A DNA stretch of 58,988 bases, counting the filler, from Porpidia crustulata (taxonomy: Eukaryota), in the NCBI GenBank assembly GCA_964255105.1. It is 3 parts of 3 records of this genome, joined end to end, with 100 filler letters (N's around TTAATTAATTAA, not from the genome) between each part and the next. Parts side by side here need not be neighbours in the genome. Positions count along the whole stretch, not along the records: positions 1 to 19,603 come from CAXUWE010000136.1; positions 19,704 to 39,302 come from CAXUWE010000137.1; 1 more part is not named here. One strand, 5' to 3'. Under the pieces are notes generated by a model. The model did not search any database. It was given only the letters and a program-made list of their open reading frames with translations, and was not told the origin of the DNA. A program made the translations under genes and the position numbers. How positions within the stretch are numbered: position 1 is the stretch's first letter; each line of letters opens with the position of its first letter. This document shows, in pieces, positions 11,778 to 22,270 of the stretch.

Positions 11778-12813
11778 TGGGATTGGAAAGCAAGCACTGG
11801 AGTCAGGTGGCCGCTTCGGAATAAGTGCATGTGAAATATTATAGCGAGCATCTACAGGAGTCAAGCTACATTGGGCATATTGTACGCGGGGATACGTTGC
11901 TGGACGTGGGGTTGGGCCCAGAAATCTCACATTTGTGAATGGTATCTACACGTTACCTCGGAATGGCATAGTCAGAAAAATCGTTTAGGGGTAGTAAAGT
12001 CCGGTAGACATATGTATAATCGAAAAATATATGAGCCATTGAGTCCAGGAATCCAGATCTGTTTAGCCTGACGTGTGTTCCGTGGAAAGGTTACATGTTT
12101 TATCACATATATGCCTTGCGTTGGAAGCTCAGAACACAACTCTATAATTCCTGAGCTGCAGACAACTATATGGGGTATTTATCAACAGACTGCCAACACT
12201 GAGTGAAATGGTTTGCTGACAAGGAAAAGTACAGATGAGACGGTGGGCCGGAGGTATACACGATGAGACTGGTGTTTTAGATGAACAACAGGAGGATTCC
12301 GATCCAGGACCCCATATGTAGGATGAATGCTGCGTTACAGGTCATTCTAGTTGGTTTATTAATCCAGGGCCAATTCTTGGAGTATCTAGGATTCCAAATG
12401 GTACTCCTTGGAAGCTATAGGGACCGAACAACAGACAACGACGCAAACCAAATGAATGACAGGGAATTCTTTGCGATAGGATATACAAAGCCTAGCCCAT
12501 GAACGAGAAGGAATGAGTATAGTTCGGATCCATCCAGGGAGTTTTCACACTAGCAACCTATGATAGTGCAGCTTTATAATTCCTATGGATGTTACACTCC
12601 TATAGGTCCAGGCAAATCCGGGTTTTCCAAAACAAGTGGAGTGAAAGGTAAGGTGAAAGGTCACAGTCATAGCTGTGTTGCAGGATCTAGATGTTGAACT
12701 AGGTCCTCAAGATCTGGCATTTCCGAATCCCCTTAGAACTGCAGGTTTCTCAGGGCCATGGCTGCATTCAGATCCTCCGACTCGGCAAGGGTTTGATCAT
12801 TGGATGTTCCCCC

Positions 12814-14213
12814 CTAGGCTGGCATTATGGGTCCCGGGGCCTCGTCGCTGGGTGACGCAACTGGGGTGACGGCCAGGTCATGAAGACACTGCAGCGATAA
12901 GTAAGCCTGCAAGTTGCTTCCAAGACTTTTTCATGAATATCATACTTTCCGCTTCTTGGTCCTACATTCACTGCAGGCACCGCGCTTTCTTGTTGCCGCA
13001 ATCTGCTCCTTCTCGCCCTCCGAGAAGCGTCTCTTTTTTCGGCCTACTTTAGCATTCATGTTAACATCGAAAACCTGGGTTCCAACTATTCGAGATCTTT
13101 CCTGAGTGCATGATGTTGGCTTGAGTCCTTGTTCTCTACTTGGTGACCTCTTCAGCCGGTGATAAGGTACCGACCTCCGCCTCTCAAGATTGGGCAGATT
13201 TGGACTCAGGCGTCTACTAAACTCGACGATACTAGCATCAGACCTATGTATAGGGCTCAAATTCGTACTCTTTGCTCGCTGATGTTCCGCAAGCGCCGGG
13301 TTAGTGTAGATCGAATCATCACTCACGTCAGGGACATACTCCATCCTCTGCCCGACTGGACGGACATGGGGTCTAAAGTTTGAGCCAATACATGGGAGCT
13401 GCTGGTGGGTCCCTGGTGACCAATCCAAATCCTGGGCAGTAGGATTGCTAATACCGACCGCTAATTGAGACATCTCCTCATGAGTCACGGGGATCGGATT
13501 CACCCAGAGATAATTTCTTTCCGCCGTTGGTATTGCTCTCTCAATCCGATCTTGCGAGATCTGTGGGCCGCTCCTATCAAGTGGAGTGGTAATACAATCC
13601 GATATTCGATTCCCAATTTCTGGCTCAGGTATCAGTTGGGCAGGCATGTCAAGGCCCATAAATCTTGGCCGTGAGGGTAACACCGCGACTCCAATGTCCC
13701 GATGGTTTTGTGGCTGCCTTGTGCCGAGATTGTCCATACCTACTGGCAAATAAGTTGGCCCGCAAAGATTTTGAAACCCTGGATCAGGTGTGTGCTGTTC
13801 ATCCTTATTGACTGTCATCCTTTGATAATAATTTATCAAGTCCTGTTGATAGCAGTATGTCATATCCATTTCAAGATCATCAAATGGCCATGGAATATCC
13901 TCAGGTTCCGTTGGGTATAGTTGGGAGATCGGTAGAACAGAATTGATGTCTGAGCTAGAAGCCCATGCAAAACTCGGACACTCCATGAACGGTATCCTGT
14001 AGGTTTCCTTTCAAGCTCAGGTCATTGGAGGTTTCCAGGTACGTTCTTTACTATCTCCTCCGGATTCAAGTCCAATGACTCCGGTACGTTCAGGCTCCCT
14101 GGGGCCAGATTTAGCAAAGCGGCGACTCTATCACGAATCGTATCCTCAAGAACGGTTACTTCTCCAGGCTTGATCTCGGATACCTCTTCTGGATGGACGG
14201 AATTGAATTGCAA
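12814..14213 (-). CDS. Putative transcription regulator with C-terminal truncated Zn-cluster-like motif; 5' end uncertain
   Basis: The 348-aa ORF ends RKKRRF...RKRGACSECRTKKRK at a GTATGA donor. A CAG acceptor near 12889 continues CLHDLAVTP...* (stop 12814-12816). The upstream ORF 14022-14213 is possibly an additional exon. Confidence 0.55.
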
Positions 14214-15690
14214 TTTCTTGCTCTTATTGCGAGAAAGCCTAGATGCCTGTGTTCTAAACTATCAGGCAAGCTACTTCACCAGGAGTCGCGGCCAAGTCAG
14301 TCGAACGATGGCTCATATGTTTCAGATGCTATTGTCTTTGGTCCCAAATATCGAATGTGTTTCTCCGATGGAAAAAGCTGATACTGACGTCAAAGCTAAG
14401 CTGGGAGCCTCGACTTCCTATGAGATGTTGGTCAAGTAGCAGAAAATCGAACGTCGATATATGAGAGATACACTACAAACGTCATACTTACACTGAGAGT
14501 AGGAAGATTCGTGTACACGAAGGTGGGCAAATTTTAGATCGTGATGCCAGGTACTAGCTAGCGTAACAGGAACGAGTATAACATGGTGTACATAAACTTA
14601 TTGTGCATGGCTAGTATAGTATGGCGAGACCGGAAAAACATCAAAAATCATAGAGCGCGGGCCATATGTTTAAATAAGGTGCTGAGGCTCCTCCATTCGC
14701 ACTAAATTTCAGGCAAAAGTAGGCGCGTGCAATGCGCTGGCCGCGAAAGCGAGCATAACGTGAGGAAACTCTCACCGCATACTCAATAGAGTGACCGAAG
14801 CCCCAGGGGACGAGAAGGAGCAAGATGAGAAGGGCGGTGCGCACTGAAAGCTGACGCACTGGTACCCAACCGGAAGCTTTGCCAGAAGTGGTACCGGGCG
14901 ATAAATGTGGTTGCACAAGATGTTAGTAACGCCATTGGATATCCGTAGCTAAAAGCCCAGAACCAGAGACGGCGGGTAAAACCGCGTTAATGATGGTAGA
15001 GAGTGGACAATCGTGAAGAAGTAACAAAACAACCTGTTGAAGGACGTAAATGACAATGGCTCGCGAGACGGTTTGTTGCGACGCATCCTCTGTTCTCTCT
15101 GATCAGCGCATACAGGTAAGAGTAGACAAACGTTGCGACAATTATTCCCTGCCCTGGGCTTCAGCAGACATCTAGAAGAAAGCATTAGAAGGGGTCACGA
15201 GCACGTTCCAAATCTGCCTTGGGCTGTGAAAAGAGACAAAAAGAGCCAGGCACGCCAGGGAGAAGGTAGACCGATGGAACTTGTTTGATGTTGGATGTTA
15301 GATGGTCTCAACCTCAATTACTTACGCGGCCTTTTTTGACTTGCTATTTTGTAGTATCTGAAGATGGGAATTCGATGATGATAATCATAATATGGATAAA
15401 TAAAGATCTAGTAATTGTAAGAGCTACTTGTTGCATCAGCATCATTTACATTCAACCTCGTGGGTAGATAGTCAGATGGAAGTTTTCTACACTTCAGCTG
15501 ACCCATTTATATATCTAATCACCGTGGCTGAGAGCACCAAGAGTGCCTTGGCGCTCAATACTCGCCAACACATTGTCAAATTGTCAAAAGCCATAACATA
15601 CGTCGAGGAATAGCGACGTATTCAAACCTGAGAAACATCCAAGTCGCTCAGATCCGCTATCTATTACCAAGACCAGACTGGATCAGATCT

Positions 15691-16314
15691 CTATGGGACA
15701 TTGAAGGTTTCTCTACACGCAGTGTACTCGCCTCGAGACAGGACATGATCAAGACAGCTACGGGTACCGAAATCAGAGTACAATCGATATTTCGTTCTCG
15801 ACATAGTCATTATCTCTAGCCCGCGCAAAGGATTGCTCGAAGCCCGCGGGAACTTGCCCGAGGTGATTCTTGACCTCAACGACGGAGAATACCAGCGGCG
15901 GTGACCAAGAGCAAGAGTGAGTACCGCCGACAGGACGAGAGCATCGAATGCCAGTATGGGACACGATAATATCGGAGACGGAGTAAGGTAGTCGGGATGT
16001 GATGGCGTTGAGGTTGAGAGGTCAACAAAGTAAAACATAATACCGGAGGCGAAGTAGAGATTGGATGAAGACAGTGCGCGAGAAATTTTCGGAGTTTCTG
16101 CACTTGCCGGTGGCTTAGTCGGTACAGCTACTGCTGACAGTGGTAAACCAGGAGGGCCAGCCACCCCGTTAAAGGCAGCCACAGCATTTCTGCAGCCATT
16201 GAACGCTTTTACGGCGCTCTCGCTGTGGACAGGCTCAGTCCTTCGTTCGACCTCCCAGAGTATTCTTTGGTTTCCAGTGGATTCCGTTAACATCGCCCAT
16301 GTATGGTCAATCAA
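15691..16314 (-). CDS. Hypothetical ORF, possibly a degenerate gene
   Basis: 207-codon open frame with one hydrophobic stretch (ILAFDALVLSAVLTLALG). No recognised motif and no clear start. Confidence 0.25.
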   Translation of the reverse strand: MIDHTWAMLTESTGNQRILWEVERRTEPVHSESAVKAFNGCRNAVAAFNGVAGPPGLPLSAVAVPTKPPASAETPKISRALSSSNLYFASGIMFYFVDLSTSTPSHPDYLTPSPILSCPILAFDALVLSAVLTLALGHRRWYSPSLRSRITSGKFPRASSNPLRGLEIMTMSRTKYRLYSDFGTRSCLDHVLSRGEYTACRETFNVP

Positions 16315-18085
16315 TTCTCCATTTAGATCTACTTCCTCTGAGCCAGTATATTCTCTGGGCCCGCATTAGATGTTCACCATGTCTCCTTCACTCAGGCAAG
16401 CGAGGACAATCTGGTATAGTATGAGCTGCGAGCCATTGGGTGCTTTGGCGATGAACTATTCCGCAAAGTCGAGTGCGCAGTCTCGCCCGAGATAGATCCG
16501 TCCGTCGGCGTTCTCAATGGCCTCACGCACTGAAGCGCCAGGTATGAAAAGACATGCGACCCATAATGAACAGCTTTGTTTTTCTGGAAGCCCTGCACGT
16601 GAGGTCGCTTCAAATAGAAATAAAAGTCCAGTGAAAAATTTCAAGTCCTCCCGATGAATCTAATTCGGAATCTCTCTCGACTTTACGCCGTCCCTTGTTC
16701 GCCCCCAACGCCCCCATATACCTACGCGCGATCCTTGCATGAACCGATGCAGTATTTCCTTGACCAACCATCAAGGATTAAGAACAAAGCTTACATGTTC
16801 ATGAAGACTGTCGATTTCGGTAGTGTTTGCCATAATTATTATTGGGTTTTGTCTAAATCTGACCAAAATTTTTTGTGTCGACTATCGGAAGCTCGTTCAA
16901 AGTAACGAGTCGTGCTCAGCGAACCTAGTTAATCCGTGGACCAGCGATTAATTCTGGACGAGATCAGCTCATATTTATTGTTTGAACAACGCTCAAGTAT
17001 GCATTTTCAGACATGTTATCGTCGCTTTGGTGTTTCCATAACGATAAATTTGGTACGTGGTTTCTGCACGGCCAATCTAGAGATTGTACTATTCGTCGAA
17101 TAAATCAGATTGAGCCTTATCGCCATTTGAAAGGACGCCGTCGGCCACATTAACAAACCCAGCCATCGACCAAGATAACAGTCCTCTTACAGCCCTCTCA
17201 CAGCCCTTTCTCCGGCATACCTCACCCACAGGCACCATGTGGAGCACGTGTATGCCGTGTGCCATTTAGGAATATCAAATCATTCTGGGGGCGGCCAATC
17301 TAACGGCGGTTTGGACTTGGTTCGCCAGAACGCTGGAGAAAGAGCATCTATTGCTACGATGGTAGGACCAGTGAGCTAGTGTTCACCTCAGGTGCAATGG
17401 TAAGTATGGCTAGAAAGGATAGATGTCTGTTGACGGCGAGTATGAAATCGATATCTAGGTAGCAGTCACGCAGTACACAATGGCAGAATGGGACTGCTGT
17501 TTTGGGTCGGGCAGCGGAAAGTCAGGGCTAAATACGGCAAGCTAAGCCACATAAAGTAATTCGTGAACGGACCCCGGGGAACCCTCGAATGCTGCCTCTG
17601 GATGCGACCTTCAGTCCTGCCAATAGACTGAATCATGCTATGTTACAAGAGGGTATCGGACCTTTATGCCAATTCGCCTGCACCACCAAGAACGAAAAGA
17701 TCTGATTAAAGGGTGTATTCAACCCTATAGAAGAAAATGATTGGCTGACTGAAGCGAGAAAGCGGCACGCGAGCTCTGGACGTGGGAGTCCAATGCAAGC
17801 TTCAGCGACTCCCTCATGGCGCAGTATGCAGTACCTGAGAGTAGTTGTTGACAGCGCTTGTATACTCGGGCAAGATGTGAGTAAGCCTCAGGAGAAACCC
17901 CCTTCTCCCTTCTCTACACATGCTGCTTTTAATCCAGCACAAGTCTGTCTGTGCTTTGCGCAATCTCTGTTCTGCTTCAGATTCGGTTACAAACTACACT
18001 GCAGCATCGTTGTTGATATCGATAGCCCAGTTGCTTGACGTCGCTGCAAACTACCGGTTTAATTCTCACCTACACATTTCCAATC

Positions 18086-18844
18086 ATGCATCTCTCGTTG
18101 GTCTTATACGTTGTCTTCATCTTCGTCCATGACCTTCCTACTGCACTGGCACAACTTCAAGTTCAACTCAAGTTCTACACCGACCATCAATGCAAGACCC
18201 CCAGCACCGAAAATGCCACCGCCTCTGTCCCCATATCCCAATGCATCGTCACCCCCGGTCTAGGATCCGTCTCCCACCAACCTGTTTTATGCACAAGCGG
18301 CAACGTCCAGCTCGTCGCGTACGCCGACACGTTATGCGGCACGCAGATTGACTGGTTCAATGAGGGAAACCAGTGCGGAGCGAGTACCAGCGGCGCCTTT
18401 GCGGCAATACTGTTCACTTGCAACCAGGTTAACAATATGGGAACCATTGATCCTGGAGTACCAACCTCAAGCACGACGATCGCGGTGGCGCCGATCGCGG
18501 ATTCGGGGCCAACAGCTTCGACTGCACCATCTGCCTCTAAAAGCGGCGGCGGGACGACGATGCAGACAGCATCGTCCAACTCACCGTCTAGCAGCGGCGG
18601 CGGGACGGCGACGCAGACAGCATCGTCCAGCTCACCGTCCAGCAGCAGCAGCGGTGGCGATGGGACGACCGGCAACAGCACTACAGGCGCTGGAGGCAAC
18701 AGCACTCCATCCCCGTCGCCCTCATCAGGTCACTCCGGCCTTTCCACGAGCGACACCATCAGCATAGCAGTCGGGCTCGGCGTCGGCATCCCAACCATAA
18801 TCATCATGCTTTGCGGATTGATATGCTGCAGAAGGAGAACATGA
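18086..18844 (+). CDS. Cell-surface single-pass protein: signal peptide, Cys-containing ectodomain, Ser/Thr/Gly stalk, TM, short basic tail
   Basis: Signal-like MHLSLVLYVVFIFVHDLPTALAQ, a 6-Cys domain, an S/T-rich stalk, then GLSTSDTISIAVGLGVGIPTIIIMLCGLICCRRRT (TM + basic stop-transfer). Mid2/Wsc-like topology. Confidence 0.8.
   Translation: MHLSLVLYVVFIFVHDLPTALAQLQVQLKFYTDHQCKTPSTENATASVPISQCIVTPGLGSVSHQPVLCTSGNVQLVAYADTLCGTQIDWFNEGNQCGASTSGAFAAILFTCNQVNNMGTIDPGVPTSSTTIAVAPIADSGPTASTAPSASKSGGGTTMQTASSNSPSSSGGGTATQTASSSSPSSSSSGGDGTTGNSTTGAGGNSTPSPSPSSGHSGLSTSDTISIAVGLGVGIPTIIIMLCGLICCRRRT
18542..18650 (+). repeat. In-frame tandem duplication (about 51 bp x2) in the S/T stalk
   Basis: GCGGCGGCGGGACGACGATGCAGACAGCATCGTCCAACTCACCGTCTAGCA followed by GCGGCGGCGGGACGGCGACGCAGACAGCATCGTCCAGCTCACCGTCCAGCA. 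Confidence 0.85.
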
Positions 18845-19603
18845 ACTCGGCACATTGTATACGGTGATGGCAAGGGCACTCGCTTACTTTGAACGTAGCG
18901 AGCAACTACATTACTCTTCAGGAGCTGGTCAAGGATCCGGACATTTTTCTTCAGCGCAGCCGGCTAGGTAATGGCCGCACCCGACACGACGAAATCCAAA
19001 ACTCGACCTGACGCTAGTGCCATGAGAATTCGTTCAAAGTCAACCATTTTCCGTAAACAGGCTGTTACCTCAACGCCATCCGACGATCCCAGCAGCACAT
19101 CCCAATGCCATTCTCCCCGCCGACTCATCCATCCTTCCAGCGCCATCACGACGGAGCGAAACCGGTCCTGCAGATTGGGCGCTCGACACGCCGTCTTCCT
19201 TCATCCCAGACGACCGTCCAAATCCCCATCGTTGGAAAAACTCGATCCCATCACATCGAGTTGATTCGCCGATCTCCTGGCGTTCACAGATCCGTGTGAC
19301 CAACGCGTCAACTCTATCGTATATTCCGAGGCCCTCCATTTCTCTCCCCAACAACGGACCTTTTCCCCAAATGCATCTGTATCAGCGCGAAAATACTCTG
19401 GGACGTCCCCTCATGCATACCCTCCAGCTAACCCCACCACATCCTCACGCTCATCCTCGTTCCCTCCACCTTCCCTCCAACTACCCTCAACCCACTCCCT
19501 CCACATCCCCCATCAAAAGTGTCAATAAATGGGGAAATCGAGGTCCAAAGCAAAGATACAAGGAAGATTTCAAATGGTTCGAGAACCCAATAGGTGGGCA
19601 GAT

Positions 19604-19703
19604 NNNNNNNNNNNNNNNNNNNNNNNNNNNNNNNNNNNNNNNNNNNNTTAATTAATTAANNNNNNNNNNNNNNNNNNNNNNNNNNNNNNNNNNNNNNNNN
19701 NNN
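19604..19703. other. Artificial contig-joining spacer (N44-TTAATTAATTAA-N44)
   Basis: 100-bp N-run with a central palindromic six-frame stop linker. An identical copy is at 39303-39402. Confidence 0.97.
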
Positions 19704-20132
19704 GTTTGGGGTTGGGTGCGTGAAGTTGGCTGTGCGGAATGCTTCTGGTGATCTGTAGTTGCTTTATCAGGGTTCCCGACAGCACATACTCTACCAACGT
19801 GGATCGATTAGATTAGAGTAGGGTTAGGGTACTTTAAGTGGCACGAGTGGCTGCTCTTCTACGCTGACGGGATGTTCAAGAGCCGAGGTGCCGACCAAGT
19901 CTAGAGGGATACGACTAGACGCCTTTATTTGTTGATTTCTCTCTTATCTAGGCAGAAGTATTGTACAAGAGTCATCATAGTTGTCATTATTGTAGATGTG
20001 TTTGATATACTGTACATATTCAGAGATCAGACCCCAATCTGCGGCATTCCAGTTCGTTCCAGCTTGTGGACTTTCTTTGCCATCTATATTCTAGTAGCAC
20101 ATCCTAATATCTACATGAGGATCTTTGCTGCC

Positions 20133-21881
20133 ATGGACTTTCCCTGGAAGACGATTTTCCTGTCTTCAGCAGCTGCATCCGTGGCATCTGTCTACTATGT
20201 AACTCCTTCGTATCTGCCAGCGTCTGCTACGGCCAATTTCCTCCTGTCCTTCTTTGCTCAGTTCATTGCTGTAGCAATATACAAAGTCATCATCTACCCC
20301 AAGCTCCTCAGCCCTCTTCGTCATCTACCCTCGCCATCAGTGAGTTTCTTGCTACGTCGACAAGTCTGTGCACGCAATGGCTGACATCGTTCTACCAGGG
20401 AGGCTCGTTCTTCAATGGCCAATTCAAGTCCATTTCTGATTTCCCGTCGGGCATACCCATGCAGAAATGGGTCAACGAGGTACCTAATGAGGGGCTGATT
20501 CGTTATAATTATCTCTTCAATGCGGAGCGAATTCTCATTACAAGTCCGAAAGCGCTGGGTGAAGTTCTGGTTCAAAGAAGTTATGAGTTCGTGAAGCCTG
20601 AAAATATTCGACATGGGCTAGGGAGAATATTAGGTGTGGGTGTTCTATTAGCAGAGGGCGAGGAGCATAAGGTGAGTTGCAATTGCTCCACGAGGAATCC
20701 GACTGACAAAAAACAAGATCCAGCGCAAAAATCTTTTGCCAGCGTTCTCTTATCGCCATGTCAAGGATCTTTATCCTGGATTTTGGACCAAGTCTCGTGA
20801 GATGGTCTTAGCCATAACCAATTCGATAGAGTGCGAGAAATCAGGACCAATCGAAAGCGTCAAGGAGGCACCGGTCGTCGAAATTGGTGGATGGACAAGC
20901 CGCGCAGCTTTGGACATCATTGGCCAGGCTGGCATGGGTCAAGACTTCAACGCGATCCAGGATCCCGATACTGAGCTAAGCGTCACATACCGGAAGGTGT
21001 TTCAACCCTCGCGGCAGGCCCAAATTATGGGACTTCTAGGATTGGTGTTGCCTATATGGTTCCTTCGCGCATTGCCCGTCCAAAGGAACGAGGACATCGA
21101 AACCGCAGCCAACACCATCAAAAAGGTCTGCCATAAGCTCATCCAACAGAAGCACTTGAAGCTCAAAAACAAGGAAAAGCGTGTCGACCTTGATATCCTC
21201 TCCGTGGCCATCGAATCGGGCGGGTTCACCGACGAAAGTCTTGTTGACCAATTGATGACCTTCCTTGCCGCCGGCCACGAAACCACCGCCACCTCCATGG
21301 TCTGGGCCATCTACGTCCTCTGCAAAAACCCCGCACACCAAACCCGCCTGCGCGAAGAAGTCCGCGCCAACCTCCCATCCATCGACGATCCCACAATTCC
21401 AGTCACGGACAAAGTCCTCGAGCGCCTCCCCTTCCTCCACGCCGTCTGCAGCGAGGTCCTCCGCGTCCACTCCCCCGTCCCGCTCACCCTCCGCGAAGCC
21501 GCCCTCGACACCACCATCCTCGGCCAGCACGTCCCCAAAGGCACCAAGATCGTCCTCTCGCCCTTGGCCATCAACATGTCCACCGAGGTCTGGGGCCCCG
21601 AGGCCGCCGACTTCAACCCGGACCGGTGGATGAGCCCGGGTCAGGCGAACAGGGGTGGCGCGGACAGCGCGTACGCGTTCATGACGTTCCTGCACGGGCC
21701 CCGCAGCTGCATCGGGCAGGCGTTCGCCAAGGCCGAGTTTGCCTGCCTGTTGGCGAGTCTGGCGGGCAGGTTCGAGATGGAGTTGGAGGATCCGGACAGG
21801 GTGATTGAGATCAAGGGGGGGATTACGTCGAGGCCGAAGGGGGGATTACCGGTGAGGATGAGGAGGTTGGAGGGGTGGTGA
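20133..21881 (+). CDS. Cytochrome P450 monooxygenase (3 exons)
   Basis: Exons 20133-20339, 20399-20671 and 20718-21881. N-terminal TM anchor + SPLRHLPSP, I-helix AAGHETT, EVLR, PDRW and heme motif FLHGPRSCIG. Confidence 0.96.
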
Positions 21882-22270
21882 TGGGGTGCGGATGTGTGAT
21901 GATGTATGTATTAGATGGATCTTCATGTAGCAAACCTTGATGTACTCGCATCGAGAGTTACCATTTACGCGGTACAATATGCCATACGCGATGATAGTCG
22001 GCTAAGCTGTACTCTTCACAATCCTCATGTGCAAGATGTCAAGCGGATAGACGCTTCTCAATATAGAAATGAGACTAGGTAAACGAGGTGTCGACAATCG
22101 AAGGTCCTCAAGTGAGAAAGCCGTTGGGTTAGATTTCCGGGACACGGAAAGGCACCCAGAAGACGACAAAGCAAGCGAAGCGTATCGATACAGACACACA
22201 GCAGATCCCCACCGCAAACACCGCGCTAGATGCATCAAAACTCCTAAACTATTCATACACTAACCCTCAC

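Noticed and set aside
19648..19659. TTAATTAATTAA palindrome as a biological element (e.g. piggyBac TTAA site)
   Set aside because: Centred in N-runs and repeated identically at 39347-39358, so it is an assembly linker.
19820..19832. TAGGGTTAGGGT telomere-like sequence
   Set aside because: Fewer than two full units, internal position and no array.
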